Shown here: one piece after another, positions 53,246-61,953 of the stretch
Numbering within the stretch: the stretch's first letter is position 1
Layout: each line of letters begins with the position of its first letter
Assembly (NCBI GenBank): GCA_049970895.1
Contig: JBMFMB010000007.1
Coordinates: 1-61,953 of the forward strand
Origin: Candidatus Bathyarchaeia archaeon
Lineage (GTDB): Archaea; Thermoproteota; Bathyarchaeia; Bathyarchaeales; Bathycorpusculaceae
Length of the DNA: 61,953 nt
Direction of reading: 5' to 3'
Translations under genes and position numbers: made by a program
Notes under the pieces: model-generated
Database searches by the model: none
What the model saw: the letters and a program-made list of their open reading frames with translations, nothing else
Told to the model about the DNA's origin: nothing

Positions 53246-53836
53246 TTATTCGCGAAGCCTTCCCTCAAGCTTGCTAACCCACTTGTTGTATTCCCTTGAG
53301 CTTAGAAGGCTTTTGAGTTCATCTTCAAGTGTCAGGGAATTTTTGGGCTTGATTTCGATTATCCAGCCCTCGCCATATGGGTCTTCATTTACCAGGTAGG
53401 GCTTATCCTTCAACTGTTCATTAACCTTAACAATCTTGCCGCTTACAGGTGAGTATAAGTCAAACATAAACATCCAGGTTTCAGCCACACCGAAGGGCTC
53501 CATTTTGGCTATTTCCTTCCCAACTGGTTCAGTTATTATGTTTGCAATTCCTTTGAGGTGTCTTTGAGCGTAGTCTGAAACACCCACACGGATGTTTCCT
53601 TCAGGGGTTATTTGAGCCCAAGTGTGCTTCGGCGTGTACAGCAGTTGCTCTGGAATTGCCAGAAGCTCTTCACGTTTGGCGGTTGGGATTCCCTCAGCCC
53701 TCATCAACTCTTCTAGGCGCAGCCTTATGGCTTCTGAGACGAACTCAGATATGCTCCTGTAACGCCCTGTTTTGAGGATTCTCTCGATTTCCTTTATCAG
53801 CTCCTGCCTTATACTTACGGTCTTCCATTCGGACAT
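53246..53836 (-). CDS. Ribbon-helix-helix domain fused to a GcvH-like domain lacking the lipoyl lysine
   Basis: WKTVSI..ELI..I...GRYRSISEFVSEAIR; YTPKHTW, RVGVSDYAQ, LYSPVSG, VNEDPYGEGW; VAETWMF in place of VESVKA. Confidence 0.85.
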   Translation of the reverse strand: MSEWKTVSIRQELIKEIERILKTGRYRSISEFVSEAIRLRLEELMRAEGIPTAKREELLAIPEQLLYTPKHTWAQITPEGNIRVGVSDYAQRHLKGIANIITEPVGKEIAKMEPFGVAETWMFMFDLYSPVSGKIVKVNEQLKDKPYLVNEDPYGEGWIIEIKPKNSLTLEDELKSLLSSREYNKWVSKLEGRLRE

Positions 53837-53962
53837 TTCACATCAACCTCCTTTACATCTGCGTGATATATAGAACAAAGCGAAAGATATATATCTAACG
53901 TAAATATAAAATATAGAATAAATAAATATGTCAAAGTAAATACTATAAATAGAGGAGTCCCT

Positions 53963-55036
53963 TTGGAAATTAGAAAAGTTCAAAGAGTAGGACGCTCAAC
54001 AATGACAGTTTCTCTTCCAAACAAGTGGATTAAAGAAAATGGCATAAAGCCACGGGACATCCTATTCATAATACCGGAAAGAGATGGCTCCCTAAAAATA
54101 ATGCCTAGGCACATAGCCCAGAGGGAAGAAGCCGAAGAATACATTGTGAATGCTGATGCATGTAACGAGCCAGGAATGCTGGAAAGAATTATCGTTGGAA
54201 GCTATATTCTGGGACGCGATGTTATACGGGTAATTTCCGCAAGCCGCATAGGCAAAAACCACATAGACGAAGTGCGGAGAATAGTTCAAAAGCTTATTGG
54301 GCTTGGAATTCTTGAAGAGACGTCGAAAAGCATACTTTTACAATGCTCCATAGACTCCACAAAGTTTAAGCTTGACATGCTCATCCGGAGGCTTGCCCTC
54401 ATAGCCTCAACAATACTTTCTGAGGCAATGCAGGGCTTTAAGGAGAAGAAATACGACATTGTTGAGGAAGCCATCGCACGTGAAGACGAGGCGGACAAAA
54501 TATACTATTTGGCGGTGCGTCTCCTCTTATCTGCGCAGGTGAAGCCTGCCATAGCCGAGGAGGTTGGCATGGTGGACGTGCTCTTCATACCTGCTGCTAG
54601 GCTGATTCTGCAGTATTTGGAGTTGGTTGCCGACTATTCTGAGGACCTTGCCAGAGAAGTTCTTGAAATGGAGATTTATAGGAATAGGCTTCCAGAAGAT
54701 GTTGTTGACAGAATCTTCCACCTAAGCGAGCTAACCCAGACAATTCTCCAGAAGTCTATTGAGTGCATTTTCACTAGGGATTTGAAGGCTGCAAACCGGC
54801 TTCTGGAGATGAGAAAAGTACTTGAAGTAGACTCTAACAGGCTTATGCGGGAAGCTCCAGAAATCCCATATATTCGCTCCATTCTCTCGTGTTTAAGCAA
54901 GATTGCAGACAAGGGTGCAACAATAGCTGAAATAGCCATAAACAGAGCCCTAGAAGACCCGAGTAAATATGTTGGCGATGTTGTCCGAGCAGTTAAGCAC
55001 GTTAGAACATTGCCCTTGACCATTGGAAAGAAATAG
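53963..55036 (+). CDS. AbrB-PhoU family regulator
   Basis: RKVQRVGRSTMTVSLPNKW; PhoU repeats EDEADKIY, LELVAD, LSKIAD. Confidence 0.88.
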   Translation: MEIRKVQRVGRSTMTVSLPNKWIKENGIKPRDILFIIPERDGSLKIMPRHIAQREEAEEYIVNADACNEPGMLERIIVGSYILGRDVIRVISASRIGKNHIDEVRRIVQKLIGLGILEETSKSILLQCSIDSTKFKLDMLIRRLALIASTILSEAMQGFKEKKYDIVEEAIAREDEADKIYYLAVRLLLSAQVKPAIAEEVGMVDVLFIPAARLILQYLELVADYSEDLAREVLEMEIYRNRLPEDVVDRIFHLSELTQTILQKSIECIFTRDLKAANRLLEMRKVLEVDSNRLMREAPEIPYIRSILSCLSKIADKGATIAEIAINRALEDPSKYVGDVVRAVKHVRTLPLTIGKK

Positions 55037-55093
55037 CTTTCAAAAAAATAATGCATTGTTCAGCTATGCTTAAAGTAACAAAGTTAAAATAGT

Positions 55094-55591
55094 ATGAAAT
55101 GTAAAATATTCACAGAGGAAGACGTCATGAGTGATGATTTTGAAGAAGCCTTAAGGAATATAGACGTCTTCTGTAAAGTTTTAGCCAAGAAACTGGTGGA
55201 AAGCCTTAAGGATGAAGAACCTAAGGATGAAAACCCCCTAGAACCCATGGATAAGCTTCTAAGAAAGAAGTATGTTTTTGAGGAGAGATTCGAGGAGAGT
55301 CCAACAGCAAAACACTTTATTCCGTTGCCCCATGTTGAAGAGCCCCTAATAGACATTTTTGAAGATGAAAATTACGTTAAGGTTTTAATGCAGTGCCGCT
55401 GCAGAGACCAGAGGGTAACCCTCCACAAATTTGATGATGGCTTACAAATATGCATGGAGGACACTTGTTGGAAGCTTAACCTACCCGTTGATGAGCTACA
55501 AGTGGAAAACATAGTTATGAAGTGCAATAACAATAAGGCTTTAGAGGTTGAGATTCCAAAACTGAAAACAGCAGTGAATTATAGGGATTAA
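55094..55591 (+). CDS. Hsp20/alpha-crystallin-like hypothetical protein
   Basis: EPLIDIFEDE.YVKVL, LPV, NN.ALEVEIPK; alternative start at 55127. Confidence 0.65.
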   Translation: MKCKIFTEEDVMSDDFEEALRNIDVFCKVLAKKLVESLKDEEPKDENPLEPMDKLLRKKYVFEERFEESPTAKHFIPLPHVEEPLIDIFEDENYVKVLMQCRCRDQRVTLHKFDDGLQICMEDTCWKLNLPVDELQVENIVMKCNNNKALEVEIPKLKTAVNYRD

Positions 55592-55602
55592 GGTGCTAAT
55601 GC

Positions 55603-55800
55603 TTATACTGTTACGCCTTTCTGCCTAATCCTCCTTCGGCAAGCCTCCTCCTCAGCACATTTTGCACACGTATATATAACGTCAAACTCGCTCCTGCTTG
55701 GATTTTCAGGATTAACAATGAAGACGAAGCATTCCTCGCCCTTTTTAATGGTGCCGCCGCAACAGAAGCATTTATGCTCTTTAAGGGCTGTAACTTTCAT
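55603..55800 (-). CDS. Small zinc-finger protein
   Basis: HKCFCCGGTIKKGE and YTCAKC. Confidence 0.7.
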   Translation of the reverse strand: MKVTALKEHKCFCCGGTIKKGEECFVFIVNPENPSRSEFDVIYTCAKCAEEEACRRRIRQKGVTV

Positions 55801-56172
55801 TCCAGCATCCTCAAAACCCTAATGCCCCTTGCTTTGCTTTTAACATTTTCTAAAATATTTCAAAATCGTTTAAGTAGTGAGAGCACTGTTTCCAGCCCCT
55901 CTCATCCGCCACCTTGTAGACTCCTTTATCGCTTGTGAAAAGTTTCAAAATCCCAAGAGGCCACCTGTTCTTTCATCCCTCATAGTCCTCACAAAAGTGC
56001 TTACAAGCCCACTTTTTGGCTTAACTGGTTCAAAATCTATTATGCTGGTTTTTCACTTTGGCCACGTATATGCTGCCTATATTGAATATACCGAAACCGT
56101 ATTTGAGTCTTCAGAAAAAAGAACAAATATAGTCTAGAAAACAAAGTTGGACATTAAAAAAATGGGGAAAAT

Positions 56173-57048
56173 TCAACCTATTTTCTCCAATACTCTGTCT
56201 ATTTTCACCTTGTGGAAATCTAAAGCTAACTCTTTTGGCTCTACTCCTAGGCTTAAGCTTAATAGTTCGGCGTAGTGGATTATTGGAAGGTTATATTCTT
56301 CCTTGTATGTTGATTTTATTAGCATTTGTCCAAGGTCAAGGGTCAAAAAGCAGAAGGGACAAAGCGTTGATATGCAGTCTGCTCCGGCGTTGTGGGCGTT
56401 TACAATTTTGTCCCTTGCTATGGCCAGTGCCACATCGTCAGCATAGCCCCTTAAAAGGCCTCCGCAGCATCGCAGCTTGTTCTTATATGGTATGCTTTTA
56501 GCTCCCAAAGCTTCGATAAGGTTGTCGAATGTGCGGGGGCGTTCTGGGTCGTCGAAGCGTAACAGTTCGCTTGGCCTCAGCAAGTGGCATCCGGAGAATG
56601 CTGCCACCTTAAGCTTGTCTAGGGGTTTGACGACGTTTTGTTTTAAGTTGTTTAAGCCAACGTCGTTCATGAGCACTTGTAGATAGTGCCTAACCTCTTT
56701 TGTGCCCTTGAATTCCTTTCCAGCGTTGGATAGGATTTTGTTCACTTTTTCGCGTAGTTTTGGCTTTTCTTTTAGTAGGTGGTTGGCTATTGCTAGGGAT
56801 TCGAAGCATCCAGTGCAGAGCGTAACTATGTTTAGGTCTGCTTCTTCTGCTAGGCAGATGTTGTAGGCTGCTATTGCTAGGCTTGTTTCTAAGTCTATTG
56901 ATTGTAAGGGTGGCGGTGCGCAGCAAGTCATGCCTTCCAAGTCTACTAGTTGTATTCCAAGTTTTGTTAGGGCTTTTCTCGCTGCAAGCTCGTAATGAGG
57001 TTGTCGGGCTGGTATTGTGCAGCCTAAAAATAGTGCGTAGCTTGTCAT
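56173..57048 (-). CDS. hdrB: Heterodisulfide reductase subunit B (second copy)
   Basis: FLGC, TCCA..CTGC, SGCH, RCCG..CPFC. Confidence 0.92.
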   Translation of the reverse strand: MTSYALFLGCTIPARQPHYELAARKALTKLGIQLVDLEGMTCCAPPPLQSIDLETSLAIAAYNICLAEEADLNIVTLCTGCFESLAIANHLLKEKPKLREKVNKILSNAGKEFKGTKEVRHYLQVLMNDVGLNNLKQNVVKPLDKLKVAAFSGCHLLRPSELLRFDDPERPRTFDNLIEALGAKSIPYKNKLRCCGGLLRGYADDVALAIARDKIVNAHNAGADCISTLCPFCFLTLDLGQMLIKSTYKEEYNLPIIHYAELLSLSLGVEPKELALDFHKVKIDRVLEKIG

Positions 57049-57551
57049 TGGGTTGCACCCTCCTTCTTAAACATGATTTTTTCGAAGCCCGTCGCGGCGA
57101 GAATCTTTTTTAGGGCTTCTATGCCTGTTGGCTTTAGCGGTGGCAAGCCATAGTCGGCTCTCTTCTTTTCTAGAAATTTTGATATTGGAACTATGCGTCC
57201 TTCGCTTAGGAGTCCAGCTGCGAATTCTGTGTAAATGGCTGGTATGTTGCCTTCGCGTATGGCGATGTTCCTTAAGGCATATATTATGTCTGCGACTTCG
57301 ACCTTTTGGGGGCATCGTTCTTGACAGTTGTAGCATGAGGCGCAAAGCCATATGGCATCGCCTTTAAGAACCTCTTCCCTTTGTCCCAGTAATGCGAGCC
57401 TTATGATTTGGCGTGGATTGTAGCGTTCTGTTGTTCTTGCGACGGGGCATGTGCTGGCGCATGTTCCGCACTGGTAGCAGTGGGTTATTGTTTCTCCGCC
57501 TAGCCGGCTGGTTATCTCCCTTGTAAAGTCGAGGGGTTTTTCTTCACTCAT
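57045..57551 (-). CDS. hdrC: Heterodisulfide reductase subunit C (second copy)
   Basis: CYQCGTCASTCP, WLCASCYNCQERCP. Confidence 0.92.
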   Translation of the reverse strand: MSEEKPLDFTREITSRLGGETITHCYQCGTCASTCPVARTTERYNPRQIIRLALLGQREEVLKGDAIWLCASCYNCQERCPQKVEVADIIYALRNIAIREGNIPAIYTEFAAGLLSEGRIVPISKFLEKKRADYGLPPLKPTGIEALKKILAATGFEKIMFKKEGATQ

Positions 57552-57587
57552 CTTTCGCCTCTCCCCACATTGGTGTTTCCGCTTCAG

Positions 57588-59999
57588 CTAAGCTAGTTGG
57601 AGCGAGCCTAGCCTTTCCACCTTTTCAGTCATGGTTTTGGCGGCTTCTGCGAATTTGTGACCTTCGATGAAGACTAGGTTGAACATTTCAAGCCTTTCTG
57701 GTTCTATGCCATAAGCCCCGAGCAGAGCCTTTGCCAAATCCACTTTTTGTTTGGCTTTTTGGCTTCCAACCTCGTAGTGGCATCCGTCGGGCTTGCACCC
57801 TACAACCATAACGCCTTGGGCTCCAGCCTTGAAAGCCTCCAGAATATGTTGGACTTGGATTACGCCAGTGCATGGAACTCGCAACACTCTTACATTGGCT
57901 GGGTAGCTCATCATAGCCATACCAGAAGAGTCTACGGCTGCGTGACCGCACTCTGAACAGCTGAATGCCAGCACCAGCGGTTTCGAGGTGCCATTAACTG
58001 ACAGTAACGCCTTTATTTGAGCTGTGATTTGGTTTGGCTTTAGGTGGCGGAGTTCTATGGCACCAACTGGGCATGTTCCAACACAGACACCGCAGCCTTC
58101 ACATATGAGTTCATAAACCTTAGCCGCAAAGTGCCCATTTCCTTTAGGTTCTAGGGTTATGGCGCCATAGGGGCATATTACTGGGCAGAACTGGCAGTTT
58201 CCACAATAATCTTGATTGACGACAGCCACCTTCAAGTCCTTAACAATTTTGCCATTCATGAGGAATTTGGCCGCCTTAACAGCTGCTGAATGGGCGTGAA
58301 GCGATGTTGTGGGGGCGTCTTTTGGGAAGACAGCGCCTCCACAGATGAATATGCCCCTCCGCTTTGTTTCGGTCGGCCGCAGTTTAGCGTTGTATTCTTT
58401 GAAGAAGCCGTCTTGGTCCAGTTCCAAGCCGAGAATTTGCGCCAGCTCCTTTGCGTCTTCTGATGGGACCATGGCTGTGGCTAAAACCACTAGGTCTGCT
58501 TCCAGCTCCAGAAGTCTTCTTAAAAGCTCGTCTTCAACCTCCACAACAAGCATGTTTGTGGCTGGGTCGTGGATTATTTCTGATGGTCTTCCCTTAACGA
58601 ATTTTACGCCCATCTCTCTTGCTCTCTCATAATAGTATTCGTGTTCCCGCCCAGTTGTGCGAATGTCTATGTAGCATATGGTCACGTCAGCATCTGGGAA
58701 AGCCTCCTTAATCATTGTGGCATGCTTCAGCGAAATCATGCAGCAAATACTCGAACAGTAGGGGTTCCAACGCCTGTCTCTTGAACCAACACACTGCACA
58801 AACACTATTCGTTTTGCTGGTTTCATGTCGGAAGGCTTGACTGGCACACCGCCCGTGGGGCCGAAGGCGTCAAGCATCCTTGCCAATTCCAAGTGGGTTA
58901 TCACGTCTGGATACTCGCCATAATGGTACTCTTTTATCACACTTGGGTCATATTCTCGGAATCCAGTAGCCACAATAATGCTGCCAACGTTAAGCGTAAC
59001 ATGCTCGGGTTTTTGGTCAAGCTCAATGGCCTTTGTTGGGCAGACTTCCACGCATTTGGCGCATTCGTGGAACTTGCAAGCTTTGGCGTCTATGGCATAG
59101 GCTGGCGGATAAACAAGGGGCTTGTTTATGTATATGGCTTTCCGCTTTGTGAGTTTAGCGTTATACTCATCTGGCACCTCAACTGGGCAGACGCTTGTGC
59201 ACAAGTCACATGCAACACACTTTTTCTCATTAACATAGCGGGGTTTACGCTCAACTGTTACATGGAAGTTGCCTGGTCCACCCTCAACCTTTACGACTTT
59301 GGCGTTTGTCAAAACGTTTAGGTTTGGAATTTCCGAAAAACCAGAACGGTAAACACATTTCCTCGAAGTTTGGGTTACAGCCTTCAAGTCTGTTGTTGGG
59401 GATTGGATGCATATAGCACAGTCATCTGTTGGGAAGAAGCGAACAGCCTTAGCCGCCAATCCTCCCAAGAAGGGCTCCTTCTCAACTAAGTAGACTTGAA
59501 AGCCCATATCCGCCAAGTCTTCGGCTGCCTGCATTCCAGCTAATCCGCCGCCGATGACGAGGACGGATTTGACAGCTGGAAACTCCGCCTTCTCGATGGG
59601 TTCTTGAAGTTTAGCCTTTTCAATGGCTGCTAGAAGCATTGCCTTAGCCTTTTCAGTAGCCTCTAGGGGCGTGTCCCTGTGGGGCCATGCACAATGGTCT
59701 TTGAGGTCTATAACTTCCACTAAGTAGGGGTTAAGCCCAGCCTCCTCCACAGCCTTTGCTACGGTCACTTCGCTGATTTTTGGAATGACTTCGGCCACAA
59801 CAACACGGTTTATCTTCTTAGCTTTAACAGCGTCCACTATGGTTTTTAGGCCCTCGCCACGCCAGAACTCGCTTCCCCGAGCTACAAGGGCGACTCCTGG
59901 AACATCCTTCACAAATTTTGTTAGGGCCTCGAAGTCTATGATTTTTGCTATTTGCCCGCCACAGTCGGATAGGAAGACTCCAACTTTTGCCTCTTCCAT
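57588..59999 (-). CDS. hdrA: HdrA-MvhD fusion
   Basis: GGGLAG, FFPTDDC, ferredoxin insert, QCVGSRD, CSSICC; C-terminal MvhD (RVPCTG, GCKPDGCHY). Confidence 0.9.
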   Translation of the reverse strand: MEEAKVGVFLSDCGGQIAKIIDFEALTKFVKDVPGVALVARGSEFWRGEGLKTIVDAVKAKKINRVVVAEVIPKISEVTVAKAVEEAGLNPYLVEVIDLKDHCAWPHRDTPLEATEKAKAMLLAAIEKAKLQEPIEKAEFPAVKSVLVIGGGLAGMQAAEDLADMGFQVYLVEKEPFLGGLAAKAVRFFPTDDCAICIQSPTTDLKAVTQTSRKCVYRSGFSEIPNLNVLTNAKVVKVEGGPGNFHVTVERKPRYVNEKKCVACDLCTSVCPVEVPDEYNAKLTKRKAIYINKPLVYPPAYAIDAKACKFHECAKCVEVCPTKAIELDQKPEHVTLNVGSIIVATGFREYDPSVIKEYHYGEYPDVITHLELARMLDAFGPTGGVPVKPSDMKPAKRIVFVQCVGSRDRRWNPYCSSICCMISLKHATMIKEAFPDADVTICYIDIRTTGREHEYYYERAREMGVKFVKGRPSEIIHDPATNMLVVEVEDELLRRLLELEADLVVLATAMVPSEDAKELAQILGLELDQDGFFKEYNAKLRPTETKRRGIFICGGAVFPKDAPTTSLHAHSAAVKAAKFLMNGKIVKDLKVAVVNQDYCGNCQFCPVICPYGAITLEPKGNGHFAAKVYELICEGCGVCVGTCPVGAIELRHLKPNQITAQIKALLSVNGTSKPLVLAFSCSECGHAAVDSSGMAMMSYPANVRVLRVPCTGVIQVQHILEAFKAGAQGVMVVGCKPDGCHYEVGSQKAKQKVDLAKALLGAYGIEPERLEMFNLVFIEGHKFAEAAKTMTEKVERLGSLQLA

Positions 60000-60027
60000 G
60001 GCTTTCACCTTCGCCTTCACTTTCCTT

Positions 60028-61485
60028 TTACCTTTTGATTGTTTGGATGAGCCTTTTCTCGCTGTCATAAATTTCCACCTCCAAGGGCATTTGACCCACT
60101 GCAAAATGGGTTGCACACGCAAAACAAGGGTCATAGGCTCTGAAGGCCATTTCAATCATGTTTAGTATGCCGTCTGTAACCCTTCCCTTCTTGATTAAGC
60201 CTTTAGCCGCATCCCTAATTGACATGCAAATGCCTGGGACATTATGTGTCGTAGCCACAATCAGGTTTACTTTTTTGGCAAGGGCGTTCTCATCCAACTG
60301 GTAATGGTGAATAAGTGTTCCTCTGGCGGCTTCAACTATGCCTACGCCTTCGCCTGGCTTGCCAGGCTTGTTTCGGACGTTTTTGCTTGTTATCTCTGGG
60401 TCTGTCACGAGTTCTAGGGCGCGTTCAGCAGCATACAACAATTCAATAAGCCTTGCCCAATGATAAGCCAAAGTGTTGTGGACTGGCTTTCCGCCCAGTG
60501 TTGCGTACATGCGCTCATATTCTACTTGGGCGAGTGGTGTTGCCATTCCGTCGGCCGCATTGAGCCTCCCAAGTGGGCCAACACGGTAGACGCCATTTTC
60601 CGCTCCGTCAACGAAGCCTTTCCAGCCAACTTTCTTCAAGTATGGAAGCTTAACATAGGTCCATGGTTCCACGCGTTCTTCTATAACGTCCAAGTATTCT
60701 TTCGGAGAGAATTTTACAAACTCCCGCCCGTTTGGGTCTACCACACGCACATTTCCGTCGTAGAAGTTGACTTTGTTGTTTTTGTCCACCAAGCCCATGT
60801 AGTAGGTTTTAAGCGTGTAAGCATCGCTTTTAATCAGGTCCATATAAGCCGTGTTTTTCAGCACTATGTTGTCGAAAAGCTTCAGCGAGAACTTGGCGAA
60901 TTCAAGGCAACTTCTTACCATACGCTCAATTTCTCGGCGTTCCTCCCCAGAAATTGGTCTTGCAAATCCGCCTGGGATGCCAGCGCTTACTGGATGGGTT
61001 GCCTTTCCGCCTAAAATTTCAGTTATTTTTTGGCCGTAGGCTCTATGCTTTATTACTTCCTTGCCTATTTCCAAGCCAGCTTTTTCAATAACCCCTAAAA
61101 CGTTGCGTTTTTCTGGTGGCGCATCCGGTCCAACAACAAAGTCTGGTCCGCCCAAATAGTAGAAGTGTAGTGTATGGTCGTAAATGAAGTAGCCACAGTA
61201 CATGAGTTCGCGGAGTTTTTTGGCTGGTTCTGGTGGTTCAACGTTGAAGGCTACGTCTAGGGCTTTGGCGCTTGCCATGTGGTGGGCCACTGGGCAGACT
61301 CCGCATATGCGAGGCGTTATTATAGGTAGGTCTTCGGCTCTACGGCCTTCGCAGAATTTTTCAAAGCCTCTGAGTTCTGGAACTTGGAAGTAGGCTTCGT
61401 CCACGTCGCCTTCCGCGTTTAAGAATATGGTTATTTTTCCGTGGCCCTCAAGCCTTGTTATTGGGTTTATAACTATCTCTTTCAT
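60028..61485 (-). CDS. mvhA: [NiFe] hydrogenase group 3c large subunit (second copy)
   Basis: TRLEGH, RICGVC, DPCFACATH. Confidence 0.93.
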   Translation of the reverse strand: MKEIVINPITRLEGHGKITIFLNAEGDVDEAYFQVPELRGFEKFCEGRRAEDLPIITPRICGVCPVAHHMASAKALDVAFNVEPPEPAKKLRELMYCGYFIYDHTLHFYYLGGPDFVVGPDAPPEKRNVLGVIEKAGLEIGKEVIKHRAYGQKITEILGGKATHPVSAGIPGGFARPISGEERREIERMVRSCLEFAKFSLKLFDNIVLKNTAYMDLIKSDAYTLKTYYMGLVDKNNKVNFYDGNVRVVDPNGREFVKFSPKEYLDVIEERVEPWTYVKLPYLKKVGWKGFVDGAENGVYRVGPLGRLNAADGMATPLAQVEYERMYATLGGKPVHNTLAYHWARLIELLYAAERALELVTDPEITSKNVRNKPGKPGEGVGIVEAARGTLIHHYQLDENALAKKVNLIVATTHNVPGICMSIRDAAKGLIKKGRVTDGILNMIEMAFRAYDPCFACATHFAVGQMPLEVEIYDSEKRLIQTIKR

Positions 61486-61953
61486 TTGCGGATCACCCTC
61501 CTTCTCAGAATCGAGTTAGCCAAAGAAAACTTGTAGAAGGTCCCAACTGGGTCGACGACTTGCGCTATGACTTTTGGGTCTGTGGCTATTGAGGCGAAGG
61601 CGCTTATCATGGCTGCCCCTTGGTCTGCCACTCGGGGTGCTGGTCCACCGCATCCAGTGCATGGTATATTTGCCTTCAAGCATTGGGCGCCGCATCCGCT
61701 ACGGGTGGCTGGACCCATGCATATTACGCCTTGATCCAAGAAGCAAGTTTTGAAGTCGTCGTTTATCTCGTAGATCCGCTTCACCTGGGTGATTTTTCTA
61801 TCTTTCTTCTCCCTTGAACACTCGTCGCAGACAGACTTATTGAAGAGGAGGTTGGCGCCTTTGGGTGGAAGTTTGCCGCTTAAAATGGCTTCTAGGGCGT
61901 CAATAACCCTTGGAACTGGGGGTGGACAGCCAGAAATGAAGTAGTCAACGTCG
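61482..61953 (-). CDS. mvhG: MvhG small subunit (second copy), 5'-truncated by the window edge
   Basis: SGCPP, VCDEC, CFLDQG..CMGPAT, PCTGC. Confidence 0.88.
   Translation of the reverse strand, partial: DVDYFISGCPPPVPRVIDALEAILSGKLPPKGANLLFNKSVCDECSREKKDRKITQVKRIYEINDDFKTCFLDQGVICMGPATRSGCGAQCLKANIPCTGCGGPAPRVADQGAAMISAFASIATDPKVIAQVVDPVGTFYKFSLANSILRRRVIRK

Noticed and set aside
55877-56137. 86-aa + strand ORF
   Set aside because: No RBS or motif; likely spurious or a remnant

Overview
Archaeal chromosomal segment, most consistent with Bathyarchaeia (TACK); this is inferred from the two EF-2 paralogs, two Mvh/Hdr clusters, archaeal EF-1alpha/uS12/uS7 and PurP. Core content: TmcA, OGG1-like glycosylase, a divergent EF-2/EF-2p pair, purP/purC/purE, EF-1alpha, an atypical NurA-HerA pair, porGDAB, three tRNAs, CysRS, MgtA, a lipoate ligase, rps12/rps7, a DRG GTPase and two paralogous mvh-hdr clusters. 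There are two decaying patches (about 17.0-18.8 kb and 30.4-31.7 kb). The most notable observations are: a ribbon-helix-helix + GcvH fusion whose lipoyl lysine is replaced by Met, lying between the Hdr clusters; winged-helix domains fused to MvhD, MgtA and NurA; an archaeal pentameric ligand-gated ion channel; a dual-guide box C/D sRNA with plausible 23S targets; a second, self-complementary C/D-like RNA next to a short RGPP peptide ORF; and a tRNA-Ala with C33. All calls come from motif reading by eye. No database searches or folding programs were run.
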